Source of the DNA: Eubacteriales bacterium
Lineage (GTDB): Bacteria > Bacillota > Clostridia > Oscillospirales > CAG-272
Direction of reading: 5' to 3'
Assembly: GCA_045126855.1 (NCBI GenBank)
Contig: JBGVPG010000008.1
Span: 66,158 to 130,157, forward strand
Length of the DNA: 64,000 nt
The position numbers and the translations under genes were made by a program. Position 1 is the first letter of the stretch. Each line of letters opens with the position of its first letter. Shown one piece after another: positions 11,855 through 18,184 of this stretch. The notes under the pieces were generated by a model. It was not told the DNA's origin and searched no databases. It saw only the letters and a list, made by a program, of their open reading frames with translations.

Positions 11855-12374
11855 TTATTTCTTTAGCTCTTGTGAGAATAGGCAATTCACGGTTGGCAAT
11901 CAATCTTCCAAGGCGTGAGTCCTTGGAGTTTTCGTACTCAGCCACAGCCTTGTCATAGGTCAATCTCATTGTCGTGAGATGCCAGGTATTTATCTCATCA
12001 TCGGTCATATTTTTTTCGCCAAAAGATATGACTCGGCATAGAAAGTAGTTGTTGATATTATGCCTGTGAATGAGGTTGTAATAATCCTCAACAACACCGA
12101 TTTTACAAACGACCTCAACCTCGACTCCAAGCTCCTCCCGAAGCTCTCGGCGAATTGCAGAAATCAACTCCTCGCCCTTTTCAACACCACCGCCCGAGGT
12201 CTCGATTATGGAGCATTTGCCGAAGTCGTCGTCACGCTCTGCGTGTACGAAGTAAAAGTATCCCTCATCATCATAGACAATAGCCCTCACGATCTCTCTG
12301 TCGTGGTCTATGTATTCAAATGGCCACTCGTTATCCACGAGGGAAATGTGTAATTCATTAGGATTCATTTTCAT
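11847..12374 (-). CDS. NUDIX hydrolase
   Basis: 175 aa; Nudix box GGGVEKGEELISAIRRELREELG. Confidence 0.85.
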   Translation of the reverse strand: MKMNPNELHISLVDNEWPFEYIDHDREIVRAIVYDDEGYFYFVHAERDDDFGKCSIIETSGGGVEKGEELISAIRRELREELGVEVEVVCKIGVVEDYYNLIHRHNINNYFLCRVISFGEKNMTDDEINTWHLTTMRLTYDKAVAEYENSKDSRLGRLIANRELPILTRAKEIMT

Positions 12375-12481
12375 TTTTGACTCCGTGATTTGCTATTTCC
12401 AGGCGCTTGCCCACACTCTTCATTCTGAGATAACCTCCGTATACTTTTTCTTACACCGACCTCGTTACGATTGTTTTACTA

Positions 12482-12510
12482 ATTATACCACACCTCGGGA
12501 AATAAATCAA
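12482..12510 (-). promoter_or_regulatory. sigma-A type promoter of NUDIX gene
   Basis: minus strand TTGATT (12510-12505), 17 nt, TATAAT (12487-12482) with TG extension; the -35 lies in the B'' remnant. Confidence 0.45.
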
Positions 12511-12528
12511 GTCTATCCCGTTTCCTAT
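12488..12528 (-). repeat. internally deleted copy (B'') of the B module
   Basis: minus strand ATAGGAAACGGGATAG...CTTGATTTATTTCCCG matches both ends of B (47005-47097); ~57 nt missing inside. Confidence 0.6.
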
Positions 12529-12587
12529 CCAGGTAAAGACCTTGCATAAAAATAAAGACCAAGATTTTCATCCTGGTCTTTACCTGG
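12529..12587 (-). repeat. palindromic module A' (copy of sequence that follows the tRNA-Leu CCA end at 46942-47004)
   Basis: 12548-12590 is a perfect 43-nt reverse-complement match to 46939-46981; contains terminator hairpin AAAGACCAGGAT/ATCTTGGTCTTT + T-run on minus strand. Confidence 0.85.
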
Positions 12588-12592
12588 TGCGC
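12585..12592 (-). repeat. displaced partial tRNA-Leu 3' end (GCGCACCA on minus strand)
   Basis: 7 of 8 nt identical to the CCGCACCA end of the tRNA, and directly abuts module A' as the genuine CCA end does at 46944. Confidence 0.7.
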
Positions 12593-12636
12593 CAGAGAAG
12601 ATAATGTACGAACCTTTTGTAGAGAATTATTTAAGA

Positions 12637-15264
12637 TTAATTCCAATGAGAAACCTTATATTTCTTTCCCATGGCCTTTTCATTGAAAGTGATATAAGAA
12701 CGCTTTCTGCATTTTAAAATCAGCCGCCTGCCGTCCTCACGATGCGTATAAACAGGCTCAAAGTTGCCCGTTGTGGCTTTCAATTTTTTCGCCAACACCT
12801 CTACATACTCTTTCTTTTTGCCAATAATAGAAGGGCAAGCGAAAGAAAGCTCATAGTTATAGCGTTTGAATATGTTTTTAGAAATCAAGATATAACGAGG
12901 ATTTTCAATAGGCGAAAGCATTTCTGCCATAGCCGTATTGAAAACATTTTGATCGTGAATCGATGCGTTTCTCAAATGTAAAGCAACGACATAGAGTTGT
13001 TTGTGCGCAGTTGTTTCAACCTTTGCAGAGGATGATATCAGATCACATTCGTACAGTGTCTTATAAACGGCAACACCAAGCGTTTTGATTGAGTTGGCCG
13101 GATTGAAATGCAACACCATCTTCTTTACACCATGGTATAAAACAACAAACAATCCAATCATCACCGCAAGAGTTCCCAATGTCATCGGAACGTTATTGTT
13201 CGCAATCAGCCTCATTAATGGTTGCAATAATAAAATTTCTGTTGCAACAATAATTGAATTCAATGCGAAATTCCAAAATGTAAATACTGGAATTCTTGCC
13301 TCTTTTGGAATTTCAGTTTCTACATCGACCGCAAAGCTTCCGTCTGCCACTTCTCCACGCCACTTGTTTTTTACTTCGCCGCGGTCGGCAGACAGTTTTA
13401 GCATTTCCTCGTTAATTCGTTCGATGCCGTTTTTATCATAAGGCAGCTTGATCAAGGTAATTCGCTCAATTCCGCTCTCAATCGTCCCAGTAGAATAATT
13501 AGGTCCCATAAAGGAATCGAAGCGGCGTTTTAAAATATCATAGTCATATGAATGGAGCTCCTTGTAATCCTCTTTAAGGTATGCAGAGATCCTTTCCGTA
13601 GCTTTATCTTTGAACAAATATTCCGGTTCAACCGTTACGAGATGCCATATATTCGCCGATTTATCGGGATCGTTTTTGTCAATGCGAATCGCACGTCCGC
13701 GCATTTGGTTGGACAAAACGAAGCTACCGACAAAGCTTGCTAAAATAAGCGAGTTAATGCAAGGGGAATCCCATCCTTCACCGAGAAGCGATTTTGTTCC
13801 GATGAGTATTTGGATTTTCCCCTCCTCGAACAACTTTCCAACGTAATCAACGCCTCGATGGAGTGCTCCTGCAAATTCAACCGTACAGTAATCGGTATCC
13901 GCAATATCCTCTTTTTTGTGTTTAATATCTGAAAGATCAACGGATCTTGGAAGAATAACGAGAGATCCCGAAAGAACTCCGATGTTTACGTTCAAATTTG
14001 CACGACGGAGAGTTTCAAAAATGCTGACGATATTCACCGAATTGAATTCTTCAGCAGATGCAATTTTAGTAAGATTCTCTTTCTTGATATAATCGGTAAG
14101 GACGAGCATACGAAGTCGCTTACCCATTGCCGAAACTTCATTGGAAGCGATACGCTTTATACTCTCAAGCTTTCCTACCGATGAGATAAGAGTTCTTTTC
14201 AAACGCTCGTTCAGATCAAGCGTGACCTTCTTTTTCTCATAAACAGAATGATCCTTTAAAATCGAAATGATCTCTGCTTTCTGTTCTTCAGTAAGCAAAT
14301 CTCCGTTAAGAAGAAATCCGATTGCCGTTTCGGCATACTGCATTTTAAACGTGGGAAGTCCTCTTTTGGCGGTAAGCTCGCGAATCAGTTTATTATCAAT
14401 TTCAAAGCCATAATATTTAAGCAACGTTACAAGAGCTATATATTGCTTGGCATCCGAAAACAGTATATCGTAGTCCCGTTCTGCATTTAAGGATTGACAT
14501 ACATGATCAAATAGATCAAGCTTTCCGAGATCCGCCACAGCAAGTAATGCACGCTCCTTGTGGGTACGGAAGCTTTCTATTTCCAATTCTGTCGGATAAT
14601 TGAAGTACACATAATCCTGATGCGGACACAAGGTGTTTTGACCGACAAGCTCAGGAACGAAAATCTCTTCGTCAATCTCGCCGCAGATGTTCATATATCT
14701 GCTCCACTCAGAGCCTTCAGAATCATACGGAGGCGTAGCTGTGAGAGAAATGATTTTCACATCTTTGTCAAGTGCAGAAATGAATTTTTCAAGTGCCTTC
14801 TGCCACTCGTTTTTGAGATGATGCGCCTCATCAAGACATACGGTTTTTATTCCGAATTCTCTCATAGTAGCAAAGATATCAACATCAGAGCAGTCAATAT
14901 CCTCGTATTCGGTTGCAGATACCTTATCTACAGCAGTGTATAAAGCTTGATATGTTATCGAGTTTACAAGCTTGATATTATGTAGGTCGTTCGAAAAGAG
15001 GACTGGAAAATCCTCTAAATTATCAAGAAACAGATCCTTAAATCTTTCTCCCCACTGCTGGCGAATTGCTGTTGTAGGCGACAAAACAATGCAAGGTGAA
15101 CCCAAACGGCGAATCAATTCAATACCGAGAACAGTTTTTCCACTACCTGGTGCAGCTACAATATTGATTTTTCCGTCTTTAAGATACTTTTCAGCATTTC
15201 TAAGGACGCGTTGCTGATAGTCGCGAAAACTACCCTTAAAATGAACTTTATCAAAATTCGGCAT
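12637..15264 (-). CDS. SF2 (DEAH, ResIII-type) helicase with internal membrane hairpin and unassigned C-terminal domain
   Basis: 875 aa from ATG 15264 (RBS GAGGTGAG; track ORF starts 15279). Walker A AAPGSGKT, DEAH LDEAHH, TATP, motif VI QMRGRAIR. Two hydrophobic helices (FTFWNFALNSIIVATEILLL, TLGTLAVMIGLFVVLY). Confidence 0.85.
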   Translation of the reverse strand: MPNFDKVHFKGSFRDYQQRVLRNAEKYLKDGKINIVAAPGSGKTVLGIELIRRLGSPCIVLSPTTAIRQQWGERFKDLFLDNLEDFPVLFSNDLHNIKLVNSITYQALYTAVDKVSATEYEDIDCSDVDIFATMREFGIKTVCLDEAHHLKNEWQKALEKFISALDKDVKIISLTATPPYDSEGSEWSRYMNICGEIDEEIFVPELVGQNTLCPHQDYVYFNYPTELEIESFRTHKERALLAVADLGKLDLFDHVCQSLNAERDYDILFSDAKQYIALVTLLKYYGFEIDNKLIRELTAKRGLPTFKMQYAETAIGFLLNGDLLTEEQKAEIISILKDHSVYEKKKVTLDLNERLKRTLISSVGKLESIKRIASNEVSAMGKRLRMLVLTDYIKKENLTKIASAEEFNSVNIVSIFETLRRANLNVNIGVLSGSLVILPRSVDLSDIKHKKEDIADTDYCTVEFAGALHRGVDYVGKLFEEGKIQILIGTKSLLGEGWDSPCINSLILASFVGSFVLSNQMRGRAIRIDKNDPDKSANIWHLVTVEPEYLFKDKATERISAYLKEDYKELHSYDYDILKRRFDSFMGPNYSTGTIESGIERITLIKLPYDKNGIERINEEMLKLSADRGEVKNKWRGEVADGSFAVDVETEIPKEARIPVFTFWNFALNSIIVATEILLLQPLMRLIANNNVPMTLGTLAVMIGLFVVLYHGVKKMVLHFNPANSIKTLGVAVYKTLYECDLISSSAKVETTAHKQLYVVALHLRNASIHDQNVFNTAMAEMLSPIENPRYILISKNIFKRYNYELSFACPSIIGKKKEYVEVLAKKLKATTGNFEPVYTHREDGRRLILKCRKRSYITFNEKAMGKKYKVSHWN

Positions 15265-15293
15265 ACTCTCACCTCTCATTATTTTCTAAAACA

Positions 15294-15322
15294 AGTATAG
15301 CACATATTTCCAAATAATGCAA
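15294..15322 (-). promoter_or_regulatory. sigma-A type promoter of helicase gene
   Basis: minus strand TTGCAT (15322-15317), 17 nt, TATACT (15299-15294). Confidence 0.5.
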
Positions 15323-15323
15323 C

Positions 15324-15351
15324 AAAAAAGCAATTCTTCAAGAAGAATTGC
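15324..15351 (-). terminator. intrinsic terminator just upstream of helicase promoter
   Basis: minus strand GCAATTCTTC TT GAAGAATTGC followed by TTTTTT. Confidence 0.7.
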
Positions 15352-15405
15352 ATTAAATAATTAATTTATCCAGCGATTTGAATACCAAAGTAATCCCTTG
15401 TAAAG

Positions 15406-15440
15406 AAAAAGTACAAACCCTGATTACTCTGGGTTCGTAC
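15406..15440 (-). terminator. intrinsic terminator after module B'
   Basis: minus strand GTACGAACCC / GGGTTTGTAC stem (G-U pair) followed by TTTTT. Confidence 0.6.
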
Positions 15441-15449
15441 TATACTGTT

Positions 15450-15541
15450 TGGTGCGGGAAATGTCAGGCGTTAAGAAAACTCTTGATAAGAGTTTTTAGC
15501 CTGAAGACTGAAGCGATAGCTGAAGTCTGTCCCGTTCCCGC
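15450..15541 (-). repeat. module B' (92 nt; tRNA-end mimic with hairpin and triple CTTCAG repeat)
   Basis: minus strand starts GCGGGAA, ends TTCCCGCACCA; homologous to 47008-47097 with compensatory changes in the central hairpin. Confidence 0.7.
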
Positions 15542-15560
15542 TCAACAAAAAAAGCAGACC

Positions 15561-15710
15561 GTGGAAACGGGATCTTGAATGGAGTTCGTTTACGAACTCC
15601 ACTAAGTTTTCTTTGACGGTTAGACACCGTCATTTTGCAATGCAAAAGCAGAAAACGTTAGCCCGTAAGTTTGCCTACGGCAAACAACGGGTTCTTCGTC
15701 ACCGTTCCAC
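15561..15710 (-). other. module D' (150-nt multi-hairpin element closed by GTGGAACGG / CCGTTTCCAC)
   Basis: nested hairpins GTTTGCC/GGCAAAC, GACGGT/ACCGTC, GGAGTTCG/CGAACTCC; 3' end TTCAAGATCCCGTTTCC resembles tRNA T-arm/acceptor; tail ACGGTCTGCTTTTTTT. Confidence 0.5.
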
Positions 15711-15715
15711 GCAAA

Positions 15716-15750
15716 CAAAAAGAGGTCAACCCAAAGGTCAACCTCTTTTT
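15716..15750 (-). terminator. intrinsic terminator (C') directly after tRNA-Leu
   Basis: minus strand AAAAAGAGGTTGACC TTTG GGTTGACCTCTTTTT. Confidence 0.75.
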
Positions 15751-15752
15751 GT

Positions 15753-15836
15753 TGGTGCGGGAAACGGGACTTGAACCCGTACATCAAAGATACACGCCCC
15801 TCAAACGTGCGCGTCTGCCGATTCCGCCACTCCCGC
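15753..15836 (-). tRNA. tRNA-Leu (anticodon GAG), type II, CCA encoded
   Basis: acceptor GCGGGAG/TTCCCGC, anticodon stem CACGT/GCGTG with loop TTGAGGG, 12-nt variable arm, T-arm ACGGG-TTCAAGT-CCCGT; 84/84 identical to 46861-46944. Confidence 0.95.
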
Positions 15837-15848
15837 GAGCGCTTTACT

Positions 15849-15877
15849 ATTATAAAGCATAATATTTAATTTGTCAA
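15849..15877 (-). promoter_or_regulatory. sigma-A type promoter of tRNA-Leu copy 1
   Basis: minus strand TTGACA (15877-15872), 17 nt, TATAAT (15854-15849), 12 nt before mature 5' end. Confidence 0.6.
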
Positions 15878-15947
15878 TACCTTTTTAATAAAAAAATAAA
15901 AAAATTATTACATTGTCTGACAAATCTATAAGCCGTGGAAATTTCGG

Positions 15948-15976
15948 TTGACAGAAAAACCCGACTGTGGTATAAT
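15948..15976 (+). promoter_or_regulatory. sigma-A type promoter of M28 peptidase gene
   Basis: TTGACA 15948-15953, 17 nt, TATAAT 15971-15976 with TG extension. Confidence 0.55.
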
Positions 15977-15996
15977 CAATGCCAACGGAGGGTATT

Positions 15997-16905
15997 ATGA
16001 AGGATTATTTAAACGAAATTAATGATAAATTTCCCATAAGGAAATCTGACAAAGAAAAACAGGCTTTTTACGACTACGTTGCTTCAGATCTCGGATGTGA
16101 CAGGGTGAAGATTGAGCAGCTTGAGAACAACAATAACATTATTATTGGCGATCCGTCGAGTGCGAAGGCAATTTTTACAGCGCATTATGACACACCTGCA
16201 TCATCTCCTATGCCAAACTTTATGATTCCTGCAAACAAGGTTCTTGGAACCTTGATTAATTTCTGCTATCCCTTGGCAGTTGCGATTATCAGCCTGCTTT
16301 TGGGATTTGGTGTAGGTGACTTGCTTGGGTTTGATAACAACGAGTGTGTGCTTTTATATCTTGTATTTTATTTTTCCATATTTTTCTTTACGCGACTTGT
16401 ACCGAACAAGCATAACAAAAATGACAACACCTCGGGTGTTGCCACGGTAATGTCTATCGCTGCGAAATATAACAATGAAAAAGTAGCGTTTATCCTTTTT
16501 GACAACGAGGAAAAGGGTCTTCTTGGTTCGAAGGCGTATAACAAGAAATACAAGAAGATGATGGAAGATAAACTCCTAGTAAACCTTGACTGCGTTGGCA
16601 ACGGCGATCAGATTGTGCTTATTCCAAAGGAAAAAATTATTGATTCCGAGGAGTATAAACTTCTATCCGAGGTATTCTCGGGTGATACGGACGGCTTTAG
16701 TGTGCATCAGATTCCATTCAAAAAGAGTCTCGGAAACTCCGATCACAAGAGCTTTCCCGGTTCGGTTGGAGTTATGGCGGCAAGAAAGGGAAAGGTGCTG
16801 AAGCTTGTTACCGGCAGAATCCACACTGCAAAGGATACCATGGCTGACAGTAAGAATATTTTGTTTCTCTCTACTCGATTTGGCGAGTTTATCGATAGGC
16901 TATAA
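15997..16905 (+). CDS. membrane-associated M28-family metallopeptidase
   Basis: start moved to ATG 15997 (GGAGGG RBS; ATG 15979 lies about at the TSS); motifs HYDT, DNEEKGLLGS, internal TM helices. Confidence 0.75.
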   Translation: MKDYLNEINDKFPIRKSDKEKQAFYDYVASDLGCDRVKIEQLENNNNIIIGDPSSAKAIFTAHYDTPASSPMPNFMIPANKVLGTLINFCYPLAVAIISLLLGFGVGDLLGFDNNECVLLYLVFYFSIFFFTRLVPNKHNKNDNTSGVATVMSIAAKYNNEKVAFILFDNEEKGLLGSKAYNKKYKKMMEDKLLVNLDCVGNGDQIVLIPKEKIIDSEEYKLLSEVFSGDTDGFSVHQIPFKKSLGNSDHKSFPGSVGVMAARKGKVLKLVTGRIHTAKDTMADSKNILFLSTRFGEFIDRL

Positions 16906-16945
16906 AAAATGCCTTTGGTCCTGTGACCAAAGGCATTTTTTTATA

Positions 16946-18172
16946 TTAGAACGCCCACTCGCCGTCCTTGAAGATGGCGATCTCCTTACCGTCCTCGCAG
17001 GTTGCGGTGATGGAAAGGTCGGCTGTACCGATCATAAAGTCCTCGTGAACGATGGAGTCGTTGATGCCCATCTCGTGAAGCTCTGCTTCGGTGTAGTTTT
17101 CGTATCCCTTGATAACGTTTGTGAAGCCTCTGCCGAAGGCAAGATGGCATACTGCGTTTTCATCAAAGAGGGTGTTGTAGAAGAGAAGTCCTGACTCGTT
17201 AATGGGGGAGGAGTAGGGAACGAGAGCAACCTCGCCAAGGAAGGATGCACCCTCATCCATATTTACAAGTTCACGGAGCAATTCCTCGTTCTGCTCAGCT
17301 TTAACCTCAACAATTTTGCCATTTTCAAATCTGATAGAGAAGTTATCGATAAGCTGACCACCATAGGAAAGGGGCTTGGAGGAGTAAACGATACCGTCTG
17401 CATCGCCCTTTCTGGGAGAGGTGAATACCTCCTCGGTGGGGATGTTGGGATTGTAGTAAACACCTCTGCCGAGAGTCTCCTCGCCGCCTGCCATAAAGGT
17501 GGCGTTGGGAAGAAGACCAACTCTGAAATCTGTGCCGTTAGACGCCTTGTACTTCAGCTCCTTGATGCCAAGACCGTTAAGGTATGCGCATCTGTTTGCA
17601 AGGTTTGCATTGTGCTGATTCCACGCCTCTACGGGATCCTCATTTACACGGGAGGTGGAGAGGATAGCCTCCCAGAGCTTTTCAACTGCAACGCTGGATC
17701 TCTCACCGGGGAATACCTTTTTTGCCCAGCCCTTGCCTGGAACAGCGGCGATACACCACTGATACTTGTTTTCCATTCTGTTTCTGATAGGCTTAATAAG
17801 CTTGGAACGGGATGCCATAGCGCCTGCGTACTTCTTCTGGTTAACGCCCTTGAGTCCGTCGGGATCCTCGCTCATAAGGTAGATCTTGCAGGGAAGAACC
17901 TCTGCCTGATGCTCCCACTTTTCAAGCTGCCACTTGTCGAGGTTGCCGAGAACCTTCTTGGAACAATGGCGAACGTTGAGCTTTGTGAGAGGCTGATAGG
18001 ACCAGTCAACAGAAACCTTGGATGCGCCTGCCTTGTAGCACTCGTCAACGACCATAGCCACGAATTCGGGCTGGTCAAGCTCTGCGTTTATAATAACCTC
18101 CTGACCCTTCTGCACGTTAACGCCGCAGCGAGCGATCAGGTTGGCATATTTTCTAAGTCTTGTTTTGTTCAT
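16946..18172 (-). CDS. M29-family aminopeptidase (AmpS/PepS type)
   Basis: 408 aa; full-length resemblance to thermophilic aminopeptidase family (N-terminus MNKTRLRKYANLIARCGVNVQKGQ...). Confidence 0.8.
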   Translation of the reverse strand: MNKTRLRKYANLIARCGVNVQKGQEVIINAELDQPEFVAMVVDECYKAGASKVSVDWSYQPLTKLNVRHCSKKVLGNLDKWQLEKWEHQAEVLPCKIYLMSEDPDGLKGVNQKKYAGAMASRSKLIKPIRNRMENKYQWCIAAVPGKGWAKKVFPGERSSVAVEKLWEAILSTSRVNEDPVEAWNQHNANLANRCAYLNGLGIKELKYKASNGTDFRVGLLPNATFMAGGEETLGRGVYYNPNIPTEEVFTSPRKGDADGIVYSSKPLSYGGQLIDNFSIRFENGKIVEVKAEQNEELLRELVNMDEGASFLGEVALVPYSSPINESGLLFYNTLFDENAVCHLAFGRGFTNVIKGYENYTEAELHEMGINDSIVHEDFMIGTADLSITATCEDGKEIAIFKDGEWAF

Positions 18173-18184
18173 TTCTATGTCTCC

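Noticed and set aside
12606-15440. 9-bp inverted repeat GTACGAACC (12606-12614) / GGTTCGTAC (15432-15440) as transposon terminal inverted repeats flanking the helicase
   Set aside because: A given 9-mer is expected to recur about 0.5 times by chance in 64 kb on two strands. The repeats lie 14 and 9 nt from the TGGTGCG direct repeats rather than abutting them. The right copy is already explained as half of a terminator stem.
15378-15862. 66-aa and 63-aa plus-strand ORFs
   Set aside because: They overlap modules B' and D', terminators and the tRNA-Leu gene itself, so they are spurious.
15979-15996. Upstream in-frame start codons given by the ORF track
   Set aside because: This applies to 15979 (M28), 15279 (helicase), 19716 (M18), 22575, 23999, 29184 (ftsZ), 41134 (rpe), 48382 (metK), 52850 and 59201 (nusB). 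In each case a downstream ATG has a proper GGAGG-type RBS. Alternatively, the upstream codon lies at or before the predicted TSS, inside a riboswitch, or before a signal peptide. The features use the downstream starts.
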